Source: an uncultured virus (IMG/VR IMGVR_UViG_3300031965_000010) (taxonomy: Duplodnaviria > Heunggongvirae > Uroviricota > Caudoviricetes). Taken from it: a stretch of DNA of 64,000 nt. The notes under the pieces were generated by a model that was not told where the DNA came from, made no database searches, and saw only the letters and a program-made list of their open reading frames with translations. Shown in pieces: positions 8,963 to 18,378 of the stretch (positions within the stretch are counted from its first letter, which is position 1; each line of letters starts with the position of its first letter). A program made the translations under genes and the position numbers. The stretch is taken from IMG/VR virus record IMGVR_UViG_3300031965_000010. One strand, 5' to 3'.

Positions 8963-9664
8963 TCAACCGAGTCGCTCCGGCCTCGTGTGTGTTCCGGGGC
9001 CGATGGTCTGGATGTCGTCGTCATCGTAGTTGATCTGCGTACCCCAGAGCGATTCGGCCAAGGCGTCGGCCTCGCGCTCGGTGTGGTCGTCCTGCCCGGC
9101 CTGTAACAGCGCCACGTGCGCAAGCTCGTGCATGAGCACACCACACTGTCGATCTCTGTCGAAGCTCAACACCTTCGGCGCGATGTAGACCGTCCCATCG
9201 TCCGCAGCCGCGCACGCGCGCGCCTCCGTGCGCCCGGCGAGCGCTGTGGCCTCGTCGACGACGAGCGACACCGGGTGCGGGAACGAGCCCGCGGGCGCCT
9301 CCTCGATGAGGTTGTTGAACATATCGACGATCGTCGCGGCTCGCTCACTTCTACCGGGGTTTTTCCTGCGTATTCGACTCGGCGTTGGTGAGTACGCCCA
9401 CGCGATGAGCGCTAGATGTCGTCGCGTGGGCGCGCCTTTATCGTCGAACAAAGGTTCGTCGCGCATCGTCACCTGCGCCATGTGTCGCTTGATGAAGTTT
9501 TCCCGCCTGGACTGCCATTCAGGATCTATCCGGGCGATTGAACCGCCTGCGCGCCTGTATGCCTGAATGAACCCGCGAGGAGAGCGCGCGACCTCAGAGA
9601 CGCCTCGCTTTTTCATCTCGGGAATGAACGACTCGACGACGGAGAGCGGGAGCGCGTTGTGCAT
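8963..9664 (-). CDS. Two-domain protein with C-terminal HExxH zinc-peptidase-like domain
   Basis: LMHELAH...EREADALA; domains joined by RRKNPG. Confidence 0.7.
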   Translation of the reverse strand: MHNALPLSVVESFIPEMKKRGVSEVARSPRGFIQAYRRAGGSIARIDPEWQSRRENFIKRHMAQVTMRDEPLFDDKGAPTRRHLALIAWAYSPTPSRIRRKNPGRSERAATIVDMFNNLIEEAPAGSFPHPVSLVVDEATALAGRTEARACAAADDGTVYIAPKVLSFDRDRQCGVLMHELAHVALLQAGQDDHTEREADALAESLWGTQINYDDDDIQTIGPGTHTRPERLG

Positions 9665-9669
9665 TCGAC

Positions 9670-9692
9670 ATCCTAGCGTGCTCGGGTGCTAC
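9670..9692 (-). promoter_or_regulatory. Viral late-type promoter GTAGCA-N11-TAGGAT
   Basis: Motif match; 5 nt before ATG 9664. Confidence 0.75.
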
Positions 9693-9723
9693 GTCTCGAG
9701 CGTTTGCGACTACAGCCGCGTCG

Positions 9724-10008
9724 TCATCTGTCCCTGTAATGTCCGAGAACTTGAACGATCGTAACGAGGTTCCCTTCGATGCGATAAATAATACGGTGCT
9801 TCTTCGTCAGCCGTCGGGAGTGGTACCCGGAGTAGTCGTAACGCAGCGCTTCGTAGTCGAAGCCCGGTGCCACAGGATTGGCGCGTATGTGCGCAACGAT
9901 TTGCTTCAACCGTTTTTCCCACTGTGGGTTTTCTTCAACCCGCGGTAGCTGTTCTTTGACGACTTTCTCGTCGTAGACGACGTCCCACTTCTTCGAAGAC
10001 ATGCTCAA
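9724..10008 (-). CDS. yoeB: Txe/YoeB-family toxin
   Basis: EALRYDYSGYHSRRLTKKHRIIYRI...GHY. Confidence 0.9.
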   Translation of the reverse strand: MSMSSKKWDVVYDEKVVKEQLPRVEENPQWEKRLKQIVAHIRANPVAPGFDYEALRYDYSGYHSRRLTKKHRIIYRIEGNLVTIVQVLGHYRDR

Positions 10009-10298
10009 TATCCAAGATCTTCAGCGCGCACGACCCGTTTGCGCGCGGCGCGCGTCTCGCTCTGTCGAATGTCTTCCTTCAATTCCGGAAAGTGTTGGTC
10101 GACGTAGAGCGTTTCCTGGATGGCTTTCCATTCCTCGCGAGATACGATCACAACTGCCGCTCCGTTTCGCGAGACCACTGTGATCGGCCCGACCTCACCT
10201 GCGTCCACCTGATCTACGATTGAAAACAATTCTCGACGAGCCGCCGTGACGTTGATCAGGTCGTCTTCCATGAAATCGCCGTCTGGGTTTTTGATCAC
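10005..10298 (-). CDS. yefM: Phd/YefM-family antitoxin
   Basis: NVTAARRELFSIVDQV...VVIVSREEWKAIQETLY; GGGAGG SD before GTG 10298 (alternative ATG 10271). Confidence 0.9.
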   Translation of the reverse strand: MIKNPDGDFMEDDLINVTAARRELFSIVDQVDAGEVGPITVVSRNGAAVVIVSREEWKAIQETLYVDQHFPELKEDIRQSETRAARKRVVRAEDLGY

Positions 10299-10317
10299 GA
10301 AAGCCTCCCAATGAGAA

Positions 10318-10346
10318 AGCGTACGTTTAACCGTACCTGTCGTCAA
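10318..10346 (-). promoter_or_regulatory. Sigma70-type promoter of the TA operon with palindromic operator
   Basis: TTGACG-N17-TACGCT; GTACG-N6-CGTAC at 10321-10336. Confidence 0.75.
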
Positions 10347-10627
10347 GCTCCGCCGTCGGCGTGATGTTACGTCTCGTGCGTCTACGCGTGCGTCTACGCG
10401 TGCGGCGGTAACTCCCGCATTCGAGGCGACGCGGGCAGCTCGCCGGCTATCCACACGTCTCGGACCTCGCCAGCAACGACCTTGGCGCACGTTCCGTCGG
10501 GGAATCGAACCATGATTGTGTGGACTGGCGAGACCTTTCCGAGCGGGAAGGAAACCATCCGGCGCGTGGTGACGTCTCCCACGAATCTCGAAGCGAATCT
10601 TCGGCCGCTCGCTGCGTGCACGAACGC

Positions 10628-11023
10628 TCATCTACCACGCTCGCGACGCAAGCGTGCTTCGCGATCGGTCGGCGTTTCGAGCGCGTCACGCGCGAGGTCA
10701 ACAGCGAACCTCGCCATCTCCGGAGGCAGTCGCACGATCAAAAGCTCGTCGTGACAGTGACACGTCACGGTGCCCTCCACGCCAGCCGGATAAGGAACGC
10801 CGTCCTCCGTCATCGGTCGGAAAGAAACCAAGATCGAAGTCCAGTGCTCGGCCTTACCGTTCGACAACTCCACAGAGCCCTCGAAGGCTTCAGTGATGCC
10901 CGGCGGGACATCCTTTATTGACCTCGTCCACTTCATGGCGCGCAAGGCGCCCTCGACGCGTCGGAGCGTCTGTTGAATGTCCGGGGGTTGACGGGAACCT
11001 GTACTGAGTGTGGGCGTCGGCAT
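10628..11023 (-). CDS. Hypothetical protein
   Basis: TTGACG-N16-TAATGT 6 nt before the ATG. Confidence 0.55.
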   Translation of the reverse strand: MPTPTLSTGSRQPPDIQQTLRRVEGALRAMKWTRSIKDVPPGITEAFEGSVELSNGKAEHWTSILVSFRPMTEDGVPYPAGVEGTVTCHCHDELLIVRLPPEMARFAVDLARDALETPTDREARLRRERGR

Positions 11024-11053
11024 TTTGCTACATTACCGCCGCCCACAATCCCG

Positions 11054-11272
11054 TCAAGGGGTCGCAGGCGCGGCGGGCGCGGCGGGCGCGGGCGCTTCGA
11101 CGGGTTCGACGGGAACCGCGGCGGGCGCTTCAACGACCGGTGCACCCACTTCGAGCGTCGTTCCAGCGTCCGCTGCGACGTCGGCTACGTCGGCTACGGG
11201 GGTGGCATCCAGTTCGCACGAAACCAGAGCCACGACGCCAATCAACACGCTGCCAAACAACACGGTCTTCAT
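11054..11272 (-). CDS. Small Pro/Ala-rich lipoprotein
   Basis: MKTVLFGSVLIGVVALVSC lipobox; AAGGAG SD. Confidence 0.65.
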   Translation of the reverse strand: MKTVLFGSVLIGVVALVSCELDATPVADVADVAADAGTTLEVGAPVVEAPAAVPVEPVEAPAPAAPAAPATP

Positions 11273-12018
11273 GAACCACTCCTTGGAAGTTGAGACGCGG
11301 CGTACGCGACCACGCCTACGATCGCCAGTGGGGCGACCCACCACGGAATCGTGCTGGGATTGAAAGGGTTCGGGACATTGCTCGCGGCTGCGAGAGATGT
11401 GTCGACCACTTCGATCGCAGCCTCGCGCGCTTCGTCCAACGACTGAGGAGTGACGCCTACGATCGAAGCCGTCACGGCCAACGGCAGCGACGTGAAACGA
11501 ACGATTGCTTCAACAAAGCCGACGCCGAGAATGTCGGTGATGCGCTGGGTCGCGGCCTGGACGTTGGCAAAGCCCAAAACCGAGCTTGCGGCCGTCGGGT
11601 TCGCGGCAATCGCGTTGATGCGCGTAGGCCCGACGCGCGAAGCGTAGTCGTGGGCGAGGCGCGCGGTTTCTTCCGTCTGAACATTCGTCGTGGTGTTCTT
11701 CACAAGCAACGCTTTTGCTGCGAGCGCTGCGAGACCTGCGCGGGCGATCGTAATCTGCGCCGACGTGATACCGACCGTCGCCGACGAGCCGAGGGAACCG
11801 AGCCCTCCGACGCGTTGTCGCGCGAAGTCGCGAAACACGCCGCCGCGCGTTCCAGGCTGCGGTGGGGCAAAGAAGTGCGGCCCGAGACCGTCGCGCATCC
11901 CGCGTTGCAGGCCGGGCTTGCCCGAGAACAAGCCCGTGTTACCCGCGCGCGAATTGATGGCGCCCGGAGCTTTGCCGAGACCTGAAAGGCCCTTCGCTTC
12001 GATGATCACGTACGCCAC
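11269..12018 (-). CDS. Putative virion membrane protein (C-terminal TM)
   Basis: GGAGGAG SD plus GTG; LSGLG and VGGLG motifs; WWVAPLAIVGVVAYA anchor. Confidence 0.7.
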   Translation of the reverse strand: MAYVIIEAKGLSGLGKAPGAINSRAGNTGLFSGKPGLQRGMRDGLGPHFFAPPQPGTRGGVFRDFARQRVGGLGSLGSSATVGITSAQITIARAGLAALAAKALLVKNTTTNVQTEETARLAHDYASRVGPTRINAIAANPTAASSVLGFANVQAATQRITDILGVGFVEAIVRFTSLPLAVTASIVGVTPQSLDEAREAAIEVVDTSLAAASNVPNPFNPSTIPWWVAPLAIVGVVAYAASQLPRSGS

Positions 12019-12113
12019 GCGCTCCTCCAATCCATCCGACCCTGTTCGCGCCCACCTTCGCGCCGCGCCGTTCACGACGCTCTGTTCGCGACGCTCTGTT
12101 CACGTCACGCCGT

Positions 12114-12713
12114 TCACGCCGCTGACGACTTGCGCTTCTTGCGCTCATTCAAAACGAGAACGACCGTTGCGATGGCCGCTGCGGCGCCAAGCACGAGCAT
12201 CGTCTTTCCGCCGCCCGAACTGGCTTCGCTAACCGGACTCGGGAAACGAATCGACACACCGGGACCTGGAAGAGGAGACACCACTGTTTTGGGAGCGGTC
12301 GCTTTGCCTGCCTTGTATGTGGCGTTGAACCACGCCTGCGCTTTGTCGTCGCCCGCTTTGCTGCCGTCCCCGCCCACGACAGAATTGGGCACGTGAAACT
12401 TGTAGAAGTACGTCTTGCCGGCGTCCTTGCCCGCCGCAGGCGTATTCGGAAACGTCCCGCGCACGAAGATGTACTTTTCGTTGTTAAAAAGACCCTCTTG
12501 GAACTTGTCCGCGTGTGCGGGCGGATCGCTGAACACGACTCCGGCTGCTGCAAGCTTCTTGACGGCCCTGGTGGGACCGTCTCCGGCGCCACCAGTGCCC
12601 CAGTCACCACCGACACCGCCAAACGGCGAGAACTCGGTGCCGTCCCCGCCAACAGCGCCGAGATTTCCGAGACCGCCTACCCTGCCACCGAGACCCGAGA
12701 TAATGTACGTCAT
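12114..12713 (-). CDS. Putative virion membrane protein
   Basis: MTYIISGLG start; C-terminal TM followed by ERKKRK. Confidence 0.7.
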   Translation of the reverse strand: MTYIISGLGGRVGGLGNLGAVGGDGTEFSPFGGVGGDWGTGGAGDGPTRAVKKLAAAGVVFSDPPAHADKFQEGLFNNEKYIFVRGTFPNTPAAGKDAGKTYFYKFHVPNSVVGGDGSKAGDDKAQAWFNATYKAGKATAPKTVVSPLPGPGVSIRFPSPVSEASSGGGKTMLVLGAAAAIATVVLVLNERKKRKSSAA

Positions 12714-12732
12714 TGTTGCATCCTGAAACGTC

Positions 12733-13194
12733 TCAGCGACGTCGTGCGAGAAGAACCAAACCGAGAACCGCGACCGCAGCGCCGCCGACGATGACGCCGG
12801 TCGGGATGTTTCCGAACATTCCGTTGGAAACGGGCTTTCCCGTTTGAACGTCGACGAGCACGGTCTCGCCCGTAGCCGTCGGAACCGGCTTCGTGCCCGA
12901 CGAGGACTTCGGACGCGGTCCGAGCGCAGCGACGATGGCTTGTTCGACAATTTCCGCCATGTACGGGATGTTGGCTGCGGCTGCGGCTTTCTTCGCCGCC
13001 TCGCGCATCGACATCGCCTTCGCGTCCCAAATAGCTTGCTCGACCGTCGACGATCCGCTCGCGACTTTCGAAGCCAGCTCAGCCGCGGCGCCGGGAACGC
13101 CGGCCTTCGCTTCGTTGGCGAGTTGTTCGAGCTGCGAAGCTTTCAACTTCGACACTGCGGCAGCGTCGCCGAGCCCATATAGATACGCCATCAC
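12733..13194 (-). CDS. Putative virion membrane protein
   Basis: MAYLYGLGD start; C-terminal TM plus RRR. Confidence 0.7.
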   Translation of the reverse strand: MMAYLYGLGDAAAVSKLKASQLEQLANEAKAGVPGAAAELASKVASGSSTVEQAIWDAKAMSMREAAKKAAAAANIPYMAEIVEQAIVAALGPRPKSSSGTKPVPTATGETVLVDVQTGKPVSNGMFGNIPTGVIVGGAAVAVLGLVLLARRR

Positions 13195-14507
13195 TTACCC
13201 CTACGAGAAAGAAGAACCGCGCCGACAGCGACGACCGCGAGCGCACCACCGACGAGAACGACAGGAGAAACACCGCTCGAAACGGTCGGCGGCGGTTCGA
13301 ATGCGGGCTTGAAATCGGAATCGTCTGCGCCACCGCCGCCGCCGCCGCCGCCGTCTGTGCCGCCGCCGCCGCCGTCGGGCTTCAACATCTCGTCTATTGC
13401 CTTACCGGCCAACTTGTTCACCAACTCAATAATGATTTTGGTGATGGCATCAACGATGGGCTCAGACGCCACGACCGTGCCTGCCGCTGCCGTCGCCGCT
13501 GTCGCTCCTGCCGCCTCTTCGCCGCCTGTCGCTCCGAGCCCTGAGAGGGAGAGCTTCAAAGAAGAACTCGGCTTCAACGGAGAAACGACTGGCGTAGTGG
13601 TGAACTTCAGACCAGCCGCAATTGTTTTCGCTCTCGCGATGGCGTCTTGAAGAGCGACTTGATCACGACGCTCTGCGATCTCGCGCTTCATCATGTCGAG
13701 CTTGTCGAAGTAGAAGAGTGTCTGCCAACGATCGTATATGTACTTCCGCCAGATCTCGATTCGCACTTCACCCTTGCTGGGATCGACTGGGATATCTTTC
13801 GTCGGAATCCATGCGTCGTTGATCCAACCATCCTTCAATAGCGCCGCTTCGGAGTCATTCGGTGTCACGCGGTGGTCGCGAACCGGTGCTCCAGCCGGAA
13901 CCTCGTCCGGAATCAAACTGTGCAGCGGTCCGAAATCATTGCGCGGCGGAATGATGTTCTGCGCGAACACGAATCCGACGGGGTCCGTGAATGCGATGGC
14001 GTAGAAGGCGTTGATCACCCGCAGGCGGCGAATGAGATTCATCCCAGCGGGGTCTTTCTTCTCCAGCGCTGCGTCGCCCGCGAGCGCCGTCAACTTTCCG
14101 GTCGCGTTGTCGCGCGCTCCCGCTTTGATGTTCACCGTCCTGCCGCTGAACGGCATGGTGATTTGAACCTTGCCCGTCTTTTTCACGTAGTCGCGAATCA
14201 TCAACGAGACAAAGGTTTCGATCGGGTCGAACAGGTCGACGAGAAAATCGAAAGGCCGCGTAAGTAGTTTGGCTTTGTCCGACCCACTCAGAAACGGCGC
14301 CATGTTGAGAGCGGGTGCGTACGGGGCGATCTTCGCCGCCAGCGCGATGTTGTATTCGTTCGTGACGGACGCAGACAGTGGAACAGCACCGAGCGTGGGC
14401 GCGACCAAGTACGGCGGACCGAGGCCCAAGCCGTAGTGTCCGATCGTGTGTCGGCGCGCGCGCGAGACGACGTCATGCTGCGTGGATTTCGGGCTGTGGT
14501 AGCTCAT
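13191..14507 (-). CDS. Putative virion membrane protein
   Basis: GLG motifs, Gly linker, C-terminal TM plus RRGK. Confidence 0.7.
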   Translation of the reverse strand: MSYHSPKSTQHDVVSRARRHTIGHYGLGLGPPYLVAPTLGAVPLSASVTNEYNIALAAKIAPYAPALNMAPFLSGSDKAKLLTRPFDFLVDLFDPIETFVSLMIRDYVKKTGKVQITMPFSGRTVNIKAGARDNATGKLTALAGDAALEKKDPAGMNLIRRLRVINAFYAIAFTDPVGFVFAQNIIPPRNDFGPLHSLIPDEVPAGAPVRDHRVTPNDSEAALLKDGWINDAWIPTKDIPVDPSKGEVRIEIWRKYIYDRWQTLFYFDKLDMMKREIAERRDQVALQDAIARAKTIAAGLKFTTTPVVSPLKPSSSLKLSLSGLGATGGEEAAGATAATAAAGTVVASEPIVDAITKIIIELVNKLAGKAIDEMLKPDGGGGGTDGGGGGGGGADDSDFKPAFEPPPTVSSGVSPVVLVGGALAVVAVGAVLLSRRGK

Positions 14508-15046
14508 TTGTTACTCTTCGGCGCGACCGCTTTCAGGATTTGCGACGCGGCATATGCGCCAACCACGAGTGCGAGCACCGTTCCGGTCTTCCCGAGCTTC
14601 GACGAAAGCGCTCCGCCCACAGCGCCGCCCGCGATGGCGAGGGCGATGAGGTTCGGCGCCTCTTGCTTCACGACCTTCACGACGCCTTCAGCGGCTTTAT
14701 CTTCGACCTTGTTCAAGAACTCGGCGCCGGGACCGGAACGAATGAACTTTTCAAGCTCACTCGAAACGGACTCCGTCGTGTCTTTCGTGACGTCCTCGAC
14801 CAGGCCCGAGCCCGATCTGAGCAAGTCGTCGAAGAACCCGTCGATTCTCGCCGATGACGACGGCGACGACACGGCACCCAGGCCGTTCACGGGATTCCAC
14901 GTCCACGGGAACTGTCGCGGCATCGTCGTTGGACGTCCCCGAGACAAGTCCGGGTAGATCTCATCTGGCTCGATGTAGCGCTGCGTCGCGCGGGCCATGC
15001 CAACACGGTACGGATGTTTCGAACCGGGGTCGCGGGTATGGGACAT
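14504..15046 (-). CDS. Putative virion membrane protein (2 TM)
   Basis: VNGLGAV; two hydrophobic segments at the C-terminus. Confidence 0.7.
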   Translation of the reverse strand: MSHTRDPGSKHPYRVGMARATQRYIEPDEIYPDLSRGRPTTMPRQFPWTWNPVNGLGAVSSPSSSARIDGFFDDLLRSGSGLVEDVTKDTTESVSSELEKFIRSGPGAEFLNKVEDKAAEGVVKVVKQEAPNLIALAIAGGAVGGALSSKLGKTGTVLALVVGAYAASQILKAVAPKSNK

Positions 15047-15052
15047 TCCCGG

Positions 15053-15075
15053 AGAGTACCGCTGTTTTTTGCTAC
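15053..15075 (-). promoter_or_regulatory. Viral late-type promoter GTAGCA-N11-TACTCT
   Basis: Motif match; 6 nt before ATG 15046. Confidence 0.75.
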
Positions 15076-15115
15076 GTTAGCTTCGTTGCTTCAGCGTCGT
15101 TGCTTCAGCGTCGAC

Positions 15116-15610
15116 TCAGCGCCGGAAACGCCGCCACAGCAGAAAACCAATCGCCGCAACACCGCCCCAGACGAGTAATTTCCCGCCACCACCGCCGAGC
15201 TGTCCCGTGAGGAACGGAAACGGATCGACAGCCGTGCCGTTCGGGTTTTTAAGCTCGAAGTGCAGGTGTGGCGCTGTGGCGCGGCCGGTCATCCCCGTTT
15301 CACCGATGATTGTTCCCGCGCCGACGCTCATGTCGGACGACACGAACATCCGAGACAGGTGCATCATGTTCACGCGCCAGCCGTCGGCGTTTCGAATCGT
15401 GATTGTGTTGCCACCGTTCGTCGACGAGGAGACCGTGACCTCGCCGCTCATCGGCGCGTGCAGTGGCGTACCTACAGGCGCTCGCAAGTCGACCCCGGCG
15501 TGAAACCCCGGCTCACCCGTCACCGGGTGGACGCGGTTGCCGAACGACGATGTTTTGGTCATCGACGCCAGCGGCAACGCTTCGATAGGGTTTGCCGAGA
15601 CTGCCATCAA
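15116..15610 (-). CDS. M23-family peptidase with C-terminal membrane anchor
   Basis: FHAGVDL (HxxxD), TGRATAPHLHFE (HxH), then TM plus RRFRR. Confidence 0.9.
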   Translation of the reverse strand: MMAVSANPIEALPLASMTKTSSFGNRVHPVTGEPGFHAGVDLRAPVGTPLHAPMSGEVTVSSSTNGGNTITIRNADGWRVNMMHLSRMFVSSDMSVGAGTIIGETGMTGRATAPHLHFELKNPNGTAVDPFPFLTGQLGGGGGKLLVWGGVAAIGFLLWRRFRR

Positions 15611-16140
15611 TCTTCGCCTTCGTCGTCAACGGCGCCCTCGTCGCCGTCATCCTCGTCGCCCGCGAACCTCGGCAAAACCCACTTATTCACCGCCCAGAAA
15701 CCGGCAGCGCCGGCCGCGACGCCGAGAGCGACCTTCACCCAGGGGAACCCTGGCTCTTCACCGGGGGCGTCGCCGACCCCTCCGATTCCGGGCTGAGTCG
15801 GGCCGAGCTGCGTCGGAGGCATCATCGCGGTCTGAGACTGGACCATCGAACCAGGACCGACCGTGACGCCCTGGGTGGCGAGCAACGCAACTTCCTCAGG
15901 AGTCGGGACGCGAAACTCCTCTTGAAACTCCACCTGCTGTCCGGGCGGGTTGTGTGGGTGACGAATCGCCCGAGCGACCCGCATGTGTCCCGGCGAGGGG
16001 TACGCAACGACGAGTGTTTCGCGCAAAGGCGTGCCGTCACCGTCGACGGGAGGCGCGGACGCATCCTCAGGTGGACCCCCGCGTCCGAAAACACCGTTGG
16101 GTCCGTGCTGCGTGAAGATGCCGCTGTTCGTGTTGGTCAT
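15607..16140 (-). CDS. Putative virion membrane protein
   Basis: IGGVGD; TM WVKVALGVAAGAAGFW; acidic tail. Confidence 0.7.
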   Translation of the reverse strand: MTNTNSGIFTQHGPNGVFGRGGPPEDASAPPVDGDGTPLRETLVVAYPSPGHMRVARAIRHPHNPPGQQVEFQEEFRVPTPEEVALLATQGVTVGPGSMVQSQTAMMPPTQLGPTQPGIGGVGDAPGEEPGFPWVKVALGVAAGAAGFWAVNKWVLPRFAGDEDDGDEGAVDDEGED

Positions 16141-16176
16141 TTTCTTTCCGAATTCCCGCCGATGTATTCGATCTGT

Positions 16177-16695
16177 TTACGCCGTCAAGCGTTTCGTGCT
16201 GCTGGTCGCGCGCTTCTTTCGCTCGCTGAAGAGCAGAAACCCTAGCGCTGCTGCGCCCGCCACCGCGAGCAACGGATTGACGCCAGCTTCCTTCACGTTT
16301 TTCTTCGGTGTCGGACCCAGCACTCCAGCGGGCGGACGTGGACCGCCTGCCGGAAGCAAAATCACGCTGTTCGAGGAGAACACCCAACGACGGACGGTCT
16401 TTCCAGTCGCTTTGTCTGCGAAAGTGAGGAGCTTACCGCCCGTCTTCTCCACCCAGCCGCCGTCACCTTCGATAGCCGCTGGACTGAACGAGACACCGTT
16501 CGCCTTCACGATCTCCTGCGCAGTCGTGTTGTACAGCTTGGCGAGACTGTGGGTCGTGTCGCTCGTGTCGAGCTGATCGCCGTCAAGCAGTTTCGTCGGG
16601 ACCAACGCGCGGCCGACGAATCCCGTCGCGCCCAACCCCACGATCCCCGCGTTCTTGTTCGCGACGTATCCGAGACCGCTCAAAACGTAAGTCAT
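16177..16695 (-). CDS. LysM-like domain membrane protein
   Basis: MTYVLSGLG; DTTHSLAKLYNTTAQEIVKANG; C-terminal TM plus ERKKR. Confidence 0.7.
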   Translation of the reverse strand: MTYVLSGLGYVANKNAGIVGLGATGFVGRALVPTKLLDGDQLDTSDTTHSLAKLYNTTAQEIVKANGVSFSPAAIEGDGGWVEKTGGKLLTFADKATGKTVRRWVFSSNSVILLPAGGPRPPAGVLGPTPKKNVKEAGVNPLLAVAGAAALGFLLFSERKKRATSSTKRLTA

Positions 16696-16697
16696 GC

Positions 16698-17567
16698 CTA
16701 CTTCCCACCCTTCAAAATCTTCCACCCAACGAGCGCCGCAATCCCGAAGATGATCCACCCCGCGTTGCTCGACGCGGCCTTCACCACCTCGACCGGAATG
16801 GTCGGCGTCAGATTCTCAGGCGGCGGTCCCGACGGAACAAGGTCCGTCGTCGCAGTCGACTCAGTAGACGGGGTGTTCACCGGTCGAGCGTCAGAGCCCG
16901 GCACCAGCTCGCCCGACGGAGAAACCGTCACCGTGCTCGTTTCGACCACGACCTCTTCGCCCGAAGACGGAGCCGGATACGACGAACCGCCGCCCGCTGC
17001 CCCCGCAGCCGCTGCTTTCTGCACTTCAGCCTGCGAAGCGCCCGTCGCGATGGCGCTGTACGCCGCCTTCGTGGCTTCACCAGCGCAGTCACGAATGTAC
17101 GTGATGCACATCGACGCGGCGGCATTGAGCTTGTTGATTTGATCTTGCGCGATCTTCATCATCTTCACGTCGTTGCGAAGACTCGCGCCGTGAAGCGTCT
17201 TCTGCCAGTTGGACAGCTCATAGCCGATCTTCTTCAGCAGCTTCTCCAACTCGGCCTGCTGACCGCGGTACTTGCCGACCAGAGCTAGGTACTTGTCCAC
17301 GATTGGAGCTGTGACCGTCGAGGCGCCCGTCGACGTCGTCGCGGTGTCGGTCGTCGCGGATGTTGTCGAAAACGTCTGCGTCGACTGCACCATACCGCTC
17401 AACTGCGCCAGCATACGCCGCACGCGCACGGGCTCTCGAGGGCGCAACGCGCGCGTCGCCATCATCGGCGAAGAGGACACGAAAGCACGCGACGGCGGGG
17501 CCGGCTCGCGAGGGCGCATCGACCGCGCTGACCGCTCCGTGATCACCCCATTCAGTACGTACGCCAT
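16698..17567 (-). CDS. Putative virion membrane protein (coiled coil, C-terminal TM)
   Basis: MAYVLNG start after GAGGG; WIIFGIAALVGWK. Confidence 0.7.
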   Translation of the reverse strand: MAYVLNGVITERSARSMRPREPAPPSRAFVSSSPMMATRALRPREPVRVRRMLAQLSGMVQSTQTFSTTSATTDTATTSTGASTVTAPIVDKYLALVGKYRGQQAELEKLLKKIGYELSNWQKTLHGASLRNDVKMMKIAQDQINKLNAAASMCITYIRDCAGEATKAAYSAIATGASQAEVQKAAAAGAAGGGSSYPAPSSGEEVVVETSTVTVSPSGELVPGSDARPVNTPSTESTATTDLVPSGPPPENLTPTIPVEVVKAASSNAGWIIFGIAALVGWKILKGGK

Positions 17568-17618
17568 TAGACCCTCGCTTTTGTGCTGGCTGACCGCCCG
17601 CGGACCCATTACCGCCCC

Positions 17619-17641
17619 ATGCTACCGCACGCGTTCGCTAC
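17619..17641 (-). promoter_or_regulatory. Viral late-type promoter GTAGCG-N11-TAGCAT
   Basis: Intergenic motif variant. Confidence 0.65.
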
Positions 17642-17655
17642 ATCATCCCGAGTCA

Positions 17656-18378
17656 TCACCGAGCCGTACCGGGACGGTCCTGCCACGAACCTTCGGGGCC
17701 GAGCTGTCCAATACGACGAGCGATTTTAAGCTTGTCGTAAGTCTGCGCCGGCATGCGGACCCCAGACACGTACGCGCCCGCGAAATCGATTCGCTGCGTC
17801 GCGACTGCCGGGACGTCCGGAGGAATCACGAACGGGTTCGGAATGGGGGCGGTACCAGCCGTCGGAGTGAGACGGAACAACACTCGGAAAATGGTCTTCG
17901 GCGGCAAATAGATGAGCGCGTACTCGTTCTGCATCCCGAAATCTCGCAACGACGGCTGATCGAGTCCGAGAAAAGTCGTCCCGCGCACAACCTCTCGATC
18001 TCGATTGTTCGGCGTCGCAGCAATCGTCGGCGAATTGTAGTCGTGTTCGACAAGGCGCGGCTGGTTGTTTGCCTTGTCGTTGTCGAACAGCACGAATCCA
18101 GCCAGCTCGCTCGGAGGGATCAACTGCACCGTTTCCGTCGCCAGTCCGACATTAATACGTCGCCAGCAATGCGGAAACACGTTCATGACCACTTCGCCCG
18201 TGTTGTCCGGAACAACGTGCTGGTGAACGATGAACAACCCCGTCGAAACGATGGGCGCGGCCTCGGCGCCCGTGCCCGTGAGGTCTTGACGCTTGTCGAT
18301 ATCGAACGACACGACCTCGTCGTCGACGAGGTATCCGAGCGGATTGTTCGCCGGATACGGAATGCCTAGACGTGTCAT
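17656..18378 (-). CDS. Putative jelly-roll minor capsid/vertex protein (divergent paralog)
   Basis: Beta-rich; C-terminal strand AGAYVSGVRM as in neighbours. Confidence 0.5.
   Translation of the reverse strand: MTRLGIPYPANNPLGYLVDDEVVSFDIDKRQDLTGTGAEAAPIVSTGLFIVHQHVVPDNTGEVVMNVFPHCWRRINVGLATETVQLIPPSELAGFVLFDNDKANNQPRLVEHDYNSPTIAATPNNRDREVVRGTTFLGLDQPSLRDFGMQNEYALIYLPPKTIFRVLFRLTPTAGTAPIPNPFVIPPDVPAVATQRIDFAGAYVSGVRMPAQTYDKLKIARRIGQLGPEGSWQDRPGTAR

Noticed and set aside
11026..11031. GTAGCA as a late promoter
   Set aside because: No TAnnnT at 11 bp; explained by an overlapping TTGACG-N16-TAATGT promoter
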